From: Neocallimastix sp. 'constans'
Lineage: Eukaryota
Reading direction: 5' to 3'
DNA length: 64,000 nt
Assembly: GCA_050613775.1 (NCBI GenBank)
Contig: JBODTK010000160.1
Coordinates: forward strand, 62,001 to 126,000
In this document: positions 26,677 through 41,955 of the stretch, in pieces
Layout of the letters: the number at the start of each line of letters is the position of its first letter
Position numbering within the stretch: position 1 is the stretch's first letter
Translations under genes and position numbers: made by a program
Notes under the pieces: model-generated
Database searches by the model: none
The model's input: the letters and a program-made list of their open reading frames with translations, nothing else
What the model was told of the DNA's origin: nothing

Positions 26677-27064
26677 TCATTTTGCTGGTTTAGCATTGAC
26701 TTCAGTAAAGTTTTCACCCACAATTTTTTCAATTAATTCTGCTTCTATTTATGTAAAGAATTAAAAAAAATTTTTTTTATCAGTACCAGTTAATTTATTA
26801 TTTTTTATTTATGTAAAGTCATAATTTATACATTATAATAAGATTTATTAATTTTTTTTTTACTAAGAATGTTAAATTAAAATTATTTTTTTTTTTTTTT
26901 TACCTTTTTGTTTTGTTTTCTGGAAATTCATATTAAATGCTTCCTGATATTTCGTAGATTTTTCCTGTTCATCTGTTAAAATATCTACTGTTAATTCTTT
27001 AAGACGATTATTAATTTTATCATTATTTTGTTTCCTATTATTCATAAATATGATATTTATATTC

Positions 27065-27096
<32 letters not shown>

Positions 27097-29675
27097 ATAA
27101 AACTATAAAACTATAAAATAGATAGTTTCATTACTTAATGTATATATATTTAATTTTATTTTTTAATTTTTATGTTTATTTTTTTTTTTTTTTTGATTTT
27201 TGATTTTACTTAAATTCAGTGAAGTTATATTCGAATTTTTCATATGGTTTTTCTTTTGAGTAATCGAGAATTTTTCCACTCTATATAAAATATATAATAA
27301 TAAATTTATTTAAGTAATCTTTGGATTAATCTTTGGATTAATAATAATATTCTTTAATATTTTTTTTTTTAGTATTATCATTATTGATTATATTAATATT
27401 ATCATTATTATTTTAATATTTTTAATATTTTTATATTATAAATACGAACAGAAAGTATAGAGTGTATTTGAACTTGTTCAGGTGGAATATATATATTATT
27501 ATTGACAATATCTTTTTTCTTCTATTATTTTTAATATACAATACAGTTAATGTAAATATAATTTATATAAATAATAGTAAAATAGTTATATAAATATTGA
27601 AATGTTAACATTTTCAATTTTTCTTTATATCATTAATTGTAATTATAATATTATTTATCATAATGAATATATAATCTATTAATAACTAAAAATATTTTTA
27701 TAAAAAGAATTTTTTTTTTTACCATAACATCTACGTCATCTTCATTTATCTCTTCTTCTTCATTATAACTTGGTTCAGTAAATTCACTTTCACTTTCATT
27801 TTCCAAATTATTAGCTTTATTACCTTTGTTTTCATTGTTTTCATTATTTTCATTATTTTCATTACTTTCATTTTCAATACTTTCACTTTCATCATAAGGT
27901 ATTTCTTGTTCTTCATCTTCTCTATACTCATTACTATTATTTTTTAATTATAATATAAATTAATATAATTATTAATTATTTCATTAATATTTTACACATT
28001 GATAAATAAAATATAAATTAATATAATTATAAATTATTTCATTAATAATTTACACATTGATAAATAAAATATAAATTAATAAAATTATTAATTATTTCAT
28101 TAATAATTTATAAATTAATAATAATGATGATAATAAATAATAGTAATAAATAAATAAATTATAAAAATAACAACAACAACAACAACAACAACAACAATAA
28201 TAATAATAATAATAATAATATATTTATATAATTTATTCAATATTTAAATATTATCATTTATACTGAATGATATAAAATTATATAACGTACTTCTCAATAT
28301 CTTGTAACAGTTGTTCAAGATGTTCATCAACTTTAGTATTATCGTTATTCTCACTTTAAAAATCAATAATTAGGATTTATAAATATTATTTTAATCATTC
28401 AATTAAATAATTGATAACACTTTATATTTTTAATTTTTATATTATAAATATTTACGTTGAGAATAATTTGGTACTTTGAACAAAAGATGATTTTCTTCTC
28501 TGCCTAATAGATTAAAATTTTTAAAAATTTTTTTTATTTATTTTGAATATTTGTTAGTAAAATATTTTTATTTTTACTTTATTTTTTTGTAATCCTTTTG
28601 TTAATATAATAATTATATTCATTAATAAATTCATAAAAATTACTTTATTGAATTTTCATCAAAACCAATATAAATTTTATTTTTCTTCAAATAGATTATT
28701 TGTTGCTTATTTAATTCTCTATAGAAAGTATCTGGTCGATGCTATTTTATATATATAAAAAAAAAAAAAAAAAATTATAATAAAAAAAATTATAATTAAA
28801 AAAAATATTATAAAATCATTCTAGATATAAATAATATTTAATATTTAATTAATAATTAGTAATTTTTCCATTTACATCAATTAAATCTATAAAGTTCTTT
28901 CCCATTTTATTCTTTAATTCTGCTTTAACTTTTGGGAATTTTTCTAATAAATACTATAAATCCATAGAAATATATTTTTAATATATCATTTTCATAAAAT
29001 ACTATAATAATAATAATAATTAATTAATTATTTATTTATTAATTTATTTATTTATGATATGAATACTATTAAAGTTCCTGCAGCATTTTTTTGACTTTCT
29101 GGGTGAGAGAAATTTGCAATTACACATAATAACCCACTTATGGCTTGATTGACTATTATTTTTTCTGCTAATATATTTGATTGAACAGCTAACACACTAT
29201 TGGTGAACAAAATTAAATAATGATAAATATCAATTTAATTGATTAATATCATCATTATATTATATATAATTTAGGTTGTCTCATTTATACATATATATTA
29301 CTATTATTATTATATTATTATAACATATAATATTGTATATTTACCCTAACAATTTTGAGGCATAAGATTGTTGAATAAATATATGAAGTGTAGTATCTGA
29401 ACTTTCTTTTGTATTTAATAAAGAAGGGGTAGAATTCTTCTTATATTTCGAATCTTCTGATTCTCCTTTCCATTTCATCTCTGTATCATCTTTATATATT
29501 ATTAATAATAGTTATAGTAAAAAATTTAAAGAAAAATAATAATAATAATAATATAATTATTTAAATTATATTTTTAAAATTTTATTTTAATGAATTTATA
29601 TAACATTTAAATATTATTATATCTTTTTATTATATTTAAATAAATAAATAAACAAACAAACAAACAAAATAAAAA

Positions 29676-29709
<34 letters not shown>

Positions 29710-30853
29710 TATACCGGTATTATCATCAAATGCATCTGTAACAACTTTTAATATTTCACACAAGTGTCTAATAATTATGTCTTGTAAGTTTGGTTTTTTT
29801 ATCAATTCAAGTAAAATTTCATAACCTTTATTAATTATTTATATAATATATATATAGTTATTAATAATCATAATATATATATATATATATATATTTAAAA
29901 AAAAATGAAATTCAATATTAGTAATTATTGTACTTACCTTCATATTGCATTTGAATATATTTGCTCTTTAATAGAGATGAAACAGCCTCAACAATTGATG
30001 GATGAATAACAGGAATAGAAGGCTGTTAAAATTAATTAAATATTATATTTAATATAAATAATATTATAAATTATTATTTATTATTATATATATATATATA
30101 TAGATAGATAGATAGATAGATGTATAATCATTTATTAAAGAATTTCAATTTATTACCAAAAGCATTCTTAAAGCTTGACTACTCATTTGTTGAGAAGATA
30201 CAGAAACTGATGGGGAAATTAATATTGACATTAACGCTTTATATACTTGAATTAAGTATTTTGGATTACCCTATTTCATGATAAGTAATAATAATAGTAA
30301 TAATAATTTACAATAATATATATTATTTATTAATAAATAATTACTTTTCATATAATTAATATATATTTATATATTATATTTTATTTTATTTTTTAAAAAT
30401 TTACCACTCCTAATTGGTATAATAAATTTTTAGCATAATCTTGGGTAACTTCTGATTTCGATCGAGCAAGACAATCTGAGACAGCTCTCACCCCTTATTT
30501 ATATAATACAAATATAAATATAAATTTGCATATATAAATTTATGTTTATATATATAATCTATATTTTTAATTATTGATACAAATTATAAATTAATATATC
30601 ATTATATTTATATTAATATAAAATTACCATAACTTTCGCAAATAAATTCCTTGTATTGTCTTCCAGAATCTGCAATATGTGTAAGAATTTTTAGTACTTC
30701 TGCTTTTTCTTCCTGTTATTGAATAAAAAAAAATTTTTTTTAATACATTTAAATATTAATTATTAATTATTATAAATTTATTAAAAAGTGATTAAAAACC
30801 TCAATTAAAAATATAAAAATTAATTCTATTATTATAATTAATTAAAACTATTC

Positions 30854-30907
<54 letters not shown>

Positions 30908-31163
30908 AAATAAACAAAAACAAATAAATAAATAAATAAATAAAATATATATATATATATAACTGAACTTCTTACTTCTTTAACTTGGGAAATACATAAA
31001 ATTTCAAGAATTGTTAATACACCTCCAATCTCCAAAAATTCTGTTAGAAATCGACGTCCACTTGTCGCTGAAATAAAAATATCAATCGCTTTAAGTAATA
31101 ATAAAATATCGGAACCTAGTAGATAACTAGTAATATCAAAAAATAATGTATATAGAAATATAT

Positions 31164-31228
<65 letters not shown>

Positions 31229-31259
31229 ATTATTATTATTATTATTATTATTATTATAA

Positions 31260-31331
<72 letters not shown>

Positions 31332-31358
31332 ATTATTATTATTATTATTATTATTATA

Positions 31359-31390
<32 letters not shown>

Positions 31391-31468
31391 CATTAAATTT
31401 AATTGAATTCTTCATTAATTCTCTATATATAATATTATAAAAATTAATTAAAATAATAATAGAAACAA

Positions 31469-31502
<34 letters not shown>

Positions 31503-31726
31503 AAAAAAATAAAAATAAAAATTATAATAAAAAAAAATAAATTAATATTTTACGTTAATCTTAGCCATGCTGTTAATCTTGTTAAAAATAAACTTGCCCC
31601 ATAATATAATTCTCTTTCTAGTTGAGGTCCAGTTTTATTCTGATTATTTTCAACGAAATCTTTCAATATTCTTTCTCTAACGGTTCTATTACCCTTTTTT
31701 TTTTTATTATTATCATTGATATTAAA

Positions 31727-31757
<31 letters not shown>

Positions 31758-32295
31758 TATGTATATAATTTTAATACTCTTCATTCTATTATTCTTCATA
31801 TATTAATTTCAAATCATAATATTTGCTTTTATTCTATAATTAAAATATATTTGTGTTTTATAAATATATTTTTATACTTTATCCCAAGTACGAGAAAGTT
31901 TTAAAAAATAATAGGTTTGATTTGATTTATTTTCCGAAATATTTTTATTAATTGGTGGTAAAGATTCAACATTCTTATTAGAATAGGAATGCTTCTTTAA
32001 ATATGAACCTTTAATTACTGTATCAGCACTATTTTTCCGCTTATCATTATCAGTATTTTTATCAACTATGAAACATTTATATTTATATAAATTAAAGGAA
32101 ATAAAAATAGCAATAATTAAATTTATTGTATTATATATTATTATTATTATTATTATTATAATTTGTCATTTTATATTTTATAAAAAATAATTTTTTTTTT
32201 TATAAAAAAAAAAGGAGAATAATATGATATATATAATAATTAAAATAATATTATAATATTGATATACCTTTTGAATTTGATTTATTTTTTAACAT
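26677..32295 (-). CDS. ARMH1: Armadillo-like helical domain protein 1 (ARMH1/C1orf228) homolog, many short exons
   Basis: Spliced translation gives [114 protein letters not shown], matching ARMH1 as I recall it. ATG 32295, probable TGA 26677-26679. The 3' exon boundaries are approximate. Confidence 0.85.
31166..31392. repeat. (TAT)n microsatellite in an ARMH1 intron
   Basis: Direct inspection. Confidence 0.95.
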
Positions 32296-32738
32296 TTTTT
32301 TTTTTTTGAATTAATTATATTACTTTTAAATTATTAAAAACAATATTATTGTATTGATATCCTTTTTAAAAATATTTATTATATAAAAATGATGATTCTT
32401 TTCAAGATTCTTTCTTATAATATTATACCATTCTAATTTAATTTTTTTATATTTCAAAAATTTTATTATGTAGTTCTGAAAAATATATATAAACAAAAAT
32501 TTTTTGTATATTTAAACTTTTTTTTTTATTCAATAATTCTATTTTTTTAATATTTTATATTATTAAGTAAAAATTTTTTAAGGTCTCGAGAACATAATTT
32601 ATAATTTTTAGGAAATTTATATTATTTATTATTACATATTATTACTTTAATTTTCCTATTTGAAAAAATTTTATTATGTTATTATAATATAAAACCATAT
32701 TAATAAACCAAATTTAACATAATATTTTTTATGAGTTA

Positions 32739-32855
<117 letters not shown>

Positions 32856-33909
32856 TTATTAATGATTTTGACAATAATATTAAGCAATTTATTAATAAAT
32901 TGATAATATTATACGCTTATTTATTTTATATTTTTTTTTCTTTAACAATTAATAATTGTATTATATTATTTTATTATAATTTTTAATATTTATTAAAAAT
33001 TATTAATTCATTTATTCAATATATTAATAACAATAATTATTAAAAATTCAAACTTTTTATATTTTCATATAATGAAAATCTTATATCTTATATATTTGAT
33101 ATTTTAAGTGTTGATATTTTTTAAAAAAAAAAATTATTATTATTGCTTTTTTATTAACTTATTGTTGCACAAATAATTATAATATAAATTAAAATATTAT
33201 AATTCTAACCTTAAAAAACTTTTTAATTTAATTTTAAATATAAAAATAACCACAATCTCAATTACAATAATCATAAAAACAAATATAATAGAAACAACTG
33301 TAATAACAATTATAATAGTAATAGAAATAATAGTAATAACAATTATAATAATAATTACGTTAATAATAAGGAAATTGAAGAAATAGAAAATCAAATTAGA
33401 AAAGTAAAAGAATTTAATATTTCTAAATGGAAAATCACTTTTAATTGAATAACAAGTTAATATCATGATTATTACTATTGATAAAAAAAAAAAAAATTAT
33501 ATTTATAAAAGTTTATTTATTTTAAATGAATTATATGAAATAGATTAATATTTTAAAATTTTTTTTTGTCTTTTTTTAAGTTTACTAGAATATATTGCAC
33601 TGATATTTATTAACTTTATGAAAAAAAAGTTAGTACATCTAAAATATGGTAAAGTGTTCTTTATTTTTCCTGATTAAATGGTAATTTAACTCAAAAAACA
33701 AAAAAAAAATGTAGAAACAAAATTAAAAATATTAGGTAAAGAAGCAAGCAAATAAAGAACTTCAAATAATTTAACTAACCAATAAAGTTGAAGAATTAAC
33801 AAAAGTCGTTTTTGAACTTTAAATTGAATCAAAAGGAAAAGATAAGAAATTAAAATTACTTTTTTTAATTTTTCATATTTAAATTCAACAATTTTCATTA
33901 GATCATTTC

Positions 33910-34360
33910 AATATGAATATATTCGAAAACAAATTCAATCTTTTACTAATAAAATTCTACTTTATTTAAATCTTATATATACATCAACAAAAGATGGGTG
34001 TGACTTTAGGACTATTGAAAATCGCATTTATAATAACAACAATGTAACTGTTTTGAATAGAAGTGAAGAAAATTATCTTATTAAGGGTTATTCTTCATAT
34101 CATTTTGAAGAATGTAATAGTTGTGAGGACACCGCCATAACTGAGACTACTACATTTTTATTTAATATAGTTATTCTTTGTTAAAATTAAACTATATATC
34201 CAACTAAAAATGAACAACTTATACTCCATTTTAATAAAAGTAAAGTTTTCATATTTGGTGATGGTAATATTTCTATAGATAAAAATTTTACTAGTTATTA
34301 TGGATCATTGTCCAATTCAAAATTATACGATTATTGTGGAAAAAATAGTTATAGAATATA
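33910..34360 (+). pseudogene. TLDc-domain-like gene relic
   Basis: Translates LNLIYTSTKDGCDFRTIENRIYNNNNVTVLNRSEENYLIKGYSS...TFLFNI* then FIFGDGNISID...YCGKNSYRI*, resembling TLDc (LLYRASRDG...IFGGY...FLFSL...FGxG). Stops and frameshifts are present. Confidence 0.55.
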
Positions 34361-36521
34361 AAAAAAAAATTGAATTCTTTTTTCTTCATAATTAATTTTT
34401 TTTTCTAAACATATTTCTTTTTTTTATAAATCAAAAAAACAACAATAAAAACCAAGAAAAAAAAAATTGATTATAATATCAGTAATTCCAAATTTTAATA
34501 AAAAAGAATGTGGAGAAGAAAGGTTTTTTTAAACCCTCATGTAAAAGATGTAGTCATTAATGATTATAATAATAGATATTTTAAAAGAAATAAATAAATA
34601 CCATATAATAAATTTATTTAATATTTAATTATTATTATTTTTTTCATTATAAAAATAGCAGTAACAATAAAAAAGTTGTTAAAATTAATAGATAGAAATC
34701 AAGATATATTATTATTGACATCTATAAATTGAACTATAAAATTATTATTGTAAAGCAGTATTATTATTTAAAATAGACATCTTTAAAAAAAATTTTTTTT
34801 TTTATTATTTTATTATTTATGTATTTATTATTCATTTATTTATATTTATTGTTATTGCTGTTATTCCATAACTATTTTTTTTTATATTATTATTCCTTCA
34901 TTTTTATCATGGTTTTTTTATTATTAATTTTATTATTATTATTATTATTATTAGTATAATTTATAAACATTTTTAATATATTTTTCTAAAAAATGGTGTT
35001 GTTCTTGACTACAGGTTGGGTTCATTAATAGTCATATTTAAAGGATTAATTGAAACAGTTAAATTATTAAATTTTAATTTTGTATAGATATTATTTTAAA
35101 TATTCATTATTCTATATATAAAATAAAATGTTAAACTATTATAAACATTGTTATTAATAAAAAATAAATTATTTTTTATTGTGTGTGGAAGAGAATAGTT
35201 TTTTTTTTTTTTTTTTTTTTTTCATGATTCCAAAATTTTATTTACTTTAAATTGTATGAATTAACTAAAAACAATAATATGAATTAGATAAAACTATTAT
35301 TTATGGAATAAGTAAATGAACAATTAAATAATATTTAAATAAATATCAAAGTATTTATTTAATTCAATACTTTATTATTATTTAAATTTATCAATTCAAT
35401 TTATATTTTCAATTAAGGAATAATAAGGTATATAAAAAATATTACTTCATTATATTTCAAATGTATTAATATATTAATAATATTGTAATATAATAATTAG
35501 TAGATTAATTATAATTTAAAATGAAAATATTTTTAATAATTTAGTGGATAAAAAAATTGGTTATATATATAAATACAATTTTACTAAGTCAATAAATGAT
35601 TTGGATATAATAGTATATATTAACTTTAAAATTTATATTAAGTAGTTCAATTATATTATTAATTAATATTAATATATTAAACAATACAAACACATCAAAT
35701 TGTATTAAGTATCCTATTATATTAAAATACAAGTCAAAATTAGGATTATTCAACTAATACATATAATAATTTAATATATTTAATAAAGATTTATAATATA
35801 TAATAATAAACGATTAAAGTATAAAAGCACCAGAAAAATTTTTTCTTTTTTTTATAAACAAAATTGAAAAATGTTCATGGGAAAAATCAATAATTAGAAA
35901 TGTGAATGGTTAAATAATAAAATAAAAAAATATTTTAATTTTAGTTATAAATATCTTTTTATTAAATAAATTGATATTTTTATATATATTCTATTTATAT
36001 TTTGAATTATAAAATTTATGAAGATAATTATATAAATTATTATCATTATTATTATAATTTAAAAATTATTATTTTATTTTGATAATAAAAAGGTACATCC
36101 TTATCAAAAAAGAATTATAAAAAATATTAGTAAGAAAAAAAAAAAAAAAAAAAAAAAAAAAGAAGAAATTAAAAAAAAAAAAAGAAAATAAAAAAGAAAA
36201 TAATATAATAATTTAAAAAAAAAAAAAATAATAAAATAATTTAAAAAAAAAATAATAAAATAATTTAAAAAAAAAAAAAAAAAAAAATAATTATATAAAT
36301 ATATATATATATATTTATTTTTTATATAATATATAATTTCCAATTTAAATTTTATTTATTATTTTTATTTATCTATTAAAAAAAATCTAATTTAAAAATA
36401 AAAGATTATTTTTATCTGTTTATTGTTTACAATCTAATTTAAAAATAAAAAATTATTTATATCATATATATATTTTTAAAATAAATATATTATCTATTTA
36501 TTATATAATATTCAATTTAAT

Positions 36522-36732
36522 ATCCAATTTAAAAATAAAAGATTATTTCTATCTATGTATTATATATTATCTAATTTAAAAATAAAAGATTATTTCTATC
36601 TATGTATTATATATTATCTAATTTAAAAATAAAAGATTATTTCTATCTATGTATTATATATTATCTAATTTAAAAATAAAAGATTATTTCTATCTATGTA
36701 TTATATATTATCTAATTTAAAAATAAAAGATT
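36522..36732. repeat. 47-bp tandem repeat (~4.5 copies) upstream of ABC gene 1
   Basis: ATCTAATTTAAAAATAAAAGATTATTTCTATCTATGTATTATATATT recurs at 36569, 36616, 36663, 36710. Confidence 0.9.
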
Positions 36733-36743
36733 AAATGTATATG

Positions 36744-36781
<38 letters not shown>

Positions 36782-36790
36782 AAATACAAC

Positions 36791-39700
36791 ATGAGTAAAA
36801 AAGAATATCCAATACCGGAAAAACCAAAACCTTCTCCAATTACAAAAGCAAATATATTATCAAAGATAACCTATTCATGGGAAAATCCACTATTTAAAGT
36901 TGGCTATCATAGACCTTTAGAAAAAAATGATTTATATTTATTACCACCTAAGCTTACAGAACAATACAATGAAAAAAATTTTTATGATAAATGGAATAAA
37001 ACAGAGGCCGATAAGGGTAAAGGTAAGGCAGGTCTATTAAAAACTTTTATAAAAATTTTTGGTTTGAAGTGGGCTTCATCAGGTTTATTAATGCTATTTT
37101 CAGATACTTGTGATACTCTATCACCAGTATTTTTAGAATTATTATTAAATTATTTATCTAATAAAGAAGCTACTGAACATGAAGCTTATAAGGGTTGGAT
37201 ATATATCTTTTGCATTTTTGGACTTCAAATTTTTTCCACTTTAACTGCTAATTATTATATTAATCTTTCTAGTCAAGTTGGCTTATCTGTTCGTGCTACT
37301 CTTATCGGTATCATATACCGAAAAACTTTAAAACTTTCTAATAAGTCTCGACAAATTATTGGTGATGGTCAAATCATAAATCTTATTTCTTCGGATACAG
37401 ATCGATTACAACGTCTTGCTGGTAGTCTTCATTATTTTTGGTGTGCTCCAATTCAATTAATAGCTATTGTTTTACTTTTAATTCATTCTTTAGGTTATTG
37501 GTCTTTAATTGGTTTTGGTATTTTCGTTTTCGTAGTACCATTTCAAGCTGTTATCATGAAATATATAATAAAATGTAGAGTACGAACCTCTATTTTGACA
37601 GATCAACGTGTAAAGAAAACTCAAGAAATTATTGGTAGTATGAGAGTTATAAAATTCTTTGGTTGGGAAGAGAGTCTCCTTAACATTTTACAAACTCTTC
37701 GTCAAAAAGAAATTGATAGTAATAAGAAGGGTATTATTATTAGTGCTAACACTCATGCTATCTTTGGTTCTATTCCATTTATTTCTAGTGCTGCAACCTT
37801 TATTGCCTATTCAGCTGCTGGTAATAAATTAACTGCTGCAAAGGTTTTTTCATCACTTGCCTTCTTCAATATGATTCGTGGTCCAATAACTAACTTTCCA
37901 AGCACAGTTAATCAAATTGCTGATAGCTATGTTTCTGTCAAACGTTTAAGCAATCTTATTAATGCTAAGGAAATTGGTGATTTACCAGAAGTTGATCCAG
38001 ATTCTGAGTATGCTATTACCATTAAGAATGGTCAGTTTAGTTGGGAAATTGTTAAAGAAAATGAAAAGGATGAGAAAAGAAAGAATAAGAAGGGTCAGAA
38101 TCGTGAGAAAATTTTAAAAGATAAAAATTTAGCTGATAAAAATTTAAAAGATAAAAATTTAACAGATAAAAATTTAACAGATAAAAATTTAACAGATAAA
38201 AATTTAACAGATAAAAATTTAACAGATAAAAATTTAATAGATAAAAATTTAATAGATAAAAATTTAAACTATAAAAGTTTAAAAAATAAAAAGTTAAAAA
38301 ATAAAAATGTAAAAGGTAAAAAATTAAAAGATAAAAAGTTAAACGATAAAACGTTAATAAATGATAAAATATTAAAAAATAAAATATCAACAAATTTGAA
38401 GTCAAAAAATGTAAAATCAAAAAATAAAATATCAGAAAGTGAAGAAAATACAGATGATGGAGACAGTATTAATAGTTCTGAAACTTTAATATATAATCCA
38501 CCAAAGGGTATTGATGATGGTACTGATAAAATAATTACGAAAAGAGGTAATGAAGATGAAGATATTAAGGATGATGAACCATTAGAGTCTTTCAAGTTAC
38601 ATGATATTAACATTCATATTAAGAAAAATTCATTGACCGCGGTTGTTGGTGCAGTTGGAAGTGGTAAGTCTTCTTTAATTAATGCTATTATTGGAGAAAT
38701 GAAGAGGGAAGAAGGTACAATTGTACATGGTGGTAGTTTCAGTTACTGCTCTCAACAAGCCTGGATTCAAAATGCCACTGTCAGAGATAATATTTTATTC
38801 GGAAAGGAGTATCATGAAGAATATTATAAAAAAGTTATTGATATCTGTGCCCTTACTCACGATCTTGAAATTTTCCCAGATGGTGATATGACTGAAATTG
38901 GTGAACGTGGTATTAATTTATCTGGTGGTCAAAAGCAAAGAATTAATTTAGCTAGAGCAGTCTATTTTAACAGCGATATTATTCTTATGGATGATCCATT
39001 ATCGGCGGTTGATGCTCATGTTAGTCGTACTTTATTTGATAATTGTATTCACGGTGCTTTAGCTGATAAAACTCGTATTCTTGTGACACACCAACTTCAT
39101 GTCTTACCAAGAGTAGATTATATTATTGTTATGAAGGGAGGGCGTATTGAAGAACAAGGTAAATATAATGAATTAGTGCAAAAAAATGGTGAATTCTCTA
39201 GACTAATGCGTACCTACGGTGGTATAAGTGATAGTGATGAGAATCTTTGTAGTAGTAATGATGACAGGTCCAGTAAAACTAAAATTGGATCAAATGAAAT
39301 TAATATGGATATAAGTGAGTCTTTGAGTGATAAAAGGAAAAAGGAAAAGAAACAAGGTAGATCTTTAATTACTAAGGAAGAAAGAGCTACTGGCTCTGTT
39401 GACAAAAAAGTTTATAAAGATTATCTTAAAGCTGCTGGTGGTATAACCATTGGCATTCTTATTGTAATAGCTGTTATAATTATGCAAGCTTCTAAGCTTG
39501 GAAATGATATGTGGTTAGTCTTTTGGACAGAGGATCGATTTAAATGGGAGACTAATTCTTACATTATTATATATGTAATTTGGAACGTTTTGCAAGTTTT
39601 TTTAAGTATTTTTTACTCAATTTTTATGTCATTCAATGGTTTTAGAGCTTCCAAGAAAATTCACAGAGATGCTATTAGTCGTGTCATTCGAGCTCCAATT

Positions 39701-41303
39701 TCTTTCTTTGATACTACTCCACTCGGTAGAGTAATCAATAGATTCTCTAAGGATCAAGATTCGCTTGATGGTACACTTTTTACAGCTATTCAAGGTTTTA
39801 TTAATAATATGGCATCCACCATAACTACTTTATGTTTTATGCTTTATACCGCTCCAATTTTTAGTATTCCCCTTATTCCTCTCATAATTTTTTACCTCTT
39901 TGTTCAGAATTATTATATTAGTACTTCTCGTGAAATTAAGCGTATTGAATCTCTTACAAGATCTCCAGTTTTTGCTAATTTCACTGAAACACTTCAAGGG
40001 CTGTCGACTATTCGTGCTTACAATGAACAGGAACGTTTTATAAAGCATGATCAAGAATTAGTGGATGAAAGCAATAGACCAACCTTTTTACAATTCACTG
40101 CTCAAAGATGGTTGAGCGTTAGATTAGAATGTATAGGCTCATTCTTAGTGTTATTTGATGGTATTGCTGGAGTATTCCTAAAGGATCGTCTTACTCCATC
40201 GCTATTGGGATTAAGTTTATCCTATGCTTTACAAGTGACCTCAAGTCTTAATGGTGTTATTCGTTCCTTAAATAATGTAGAAATTAATATGAATTCTGCC
40301 GAACGTCTTTTATACTATGCCAATGAAATTGAAATGGAAGAACAGAAGGGTTTAGATGCTCCAAAGCATTGGCCACAACAGGGTAAGATCAAAATCAACA
40401 ATTTAACCATGAAATATGCTCCACACCTCCCACTTGTTTTACATAACATTAATTTGGATATCGAATCTAGTGAAAAAGTTGGCATTGTTGGTCGTACTGG
40501 TGCTGGTAAATCCAGTATTGTGATGACTCTCTTCAGATTAGTAGAACCAGAAAAAGGTTCTTCAATTAAGATTGATGATATTTCAATTACTGATTTAAAA
40601 TTAAGTGATTTACGTAAGAATATTTCTATCATTCCTCAAGATCCAATTCTTTTTTCTGGTACTATTCGTTTCAATATGGATCCGTTCGATGAACATACGA
40701 ATCAAGAAATTTGGGAGGCACTTAAAAATGCTGGGTTAGAACAAACAGTTAATGAATTAGAGGGTAAATTAGAAGCTGAAGTTCATGGGAATGGTGAAAA
40801 CTTTAGTGTTGGTCAACGACAATTACTATGTCTTGCTCGTGCTATAATTAGAAATAGTCGTATTTTAATTATGGATGAAGCCACCGCTTCGGTTGATATT
40901 GAAACGGATGCTATTATTCAAGAGGCATTAAGAACTAAATTTCATGATGTTACTGTTCTTTCCATTGCTCATCGTTTGAATACCATTATTGATTATGATA
41001 AAATTTTAGTTTTAAGTAGGGGAGAAGTTTTAGAATATGATACCCCAAAGAATTTGCTTTTTGAAGTTAATAAAAATGATGAACTTGTTCCATGTACATC
41101 AACTGAATTTTCAAAATTAGTTGATGAAACTGGACCGGTGAATGCTGCTTTATTACGTCAATTAGCGTTAAATAAAGAAAATAAAAATATATTAAAAAAA
41201 AATAAACAAGGTGAAAAAGGTAAACAAGGTAAACAAAATAAACAAAATGAACAAAGTAAACAAAATATAAAAGTAAAAAATGAAAAAACGAAAAAACAAA
41301 AAA

Positions 41304-41334
<31 letters not shown>

Positions 41335-41359
41335 CAAAAAAAAAAAAGCAAACAAATAA
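36791..41359 (+). CDS. ABCC/MRP-family (YOR1-like, no TMD0) ABC transporter, paralog 1, intronless
   Basis: TMD-NBD-TMD-NBD. GAVGSGKS, LSGGQKQR, ILMDD (degenerate site); FFDTTPLGR; GRTGAGKS, FSVGQRQ, MDEATA, IAHRL. Confidence 0.95.
38119..38267 (+). repeat. In-frame 15-bp tandem repeat encoding (DKNLT)n in NBD1
   Basis: About 10 copies of GATAAAAATTTAACA and variants. Confidence 0.93.
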
Positions 41360-41955
41360 ACCAAAATAAAAAATTAAATAAAGTATAATTTCAACGATTA
41401 CAAATCCATCTATACATAATATATAACATAATACATTTAAATAACTATTTATTTCTGTAATATAATATAATATAATATAATTTAAAGTTTAAAATTTAAA
41501 TTTTTTTTTTTTTCGTAATATTATAAAAAAGCAAATTATTATTATTATTAGTATTTTTTTTTTTTTTTTTTTTTTTAATTTATTTTATAAAATAAATTAA
41601 TAAAAAACAAAAGCAAATCAAAACAAATCAAAAACAAATCAAAACAAATCAAAAATAAAATAAAACAAGCAAACAAACAAACAAAATTAAGAAAAAAAAA
41701 AAAAGTTTTTACCATATTTATTTTAATATTTTAAATACTTATCTAAAAATAAAAAAAAAAAAAAAGGAAAATTTAATGATATTAATAACTAATAATTGTT
41801 ATTATCATTATATATCATCTTTTTTTATTTCTTTTTCTTTTTCTTTTTCTTTTATTTTTTTCATTCTTATTTTTCATGTGAATCTATTATATGTAAGAGC
41901 AAAAATTAATGTAATTTAATGAATAAATGAATAAATAAATAAATGAATAAATAAA

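Noticed and set aside
36522..36732. CRISPR-like periodicity
   Set aside because: Contiguous tandem units with no unique spacers, in a eukaryotic context.
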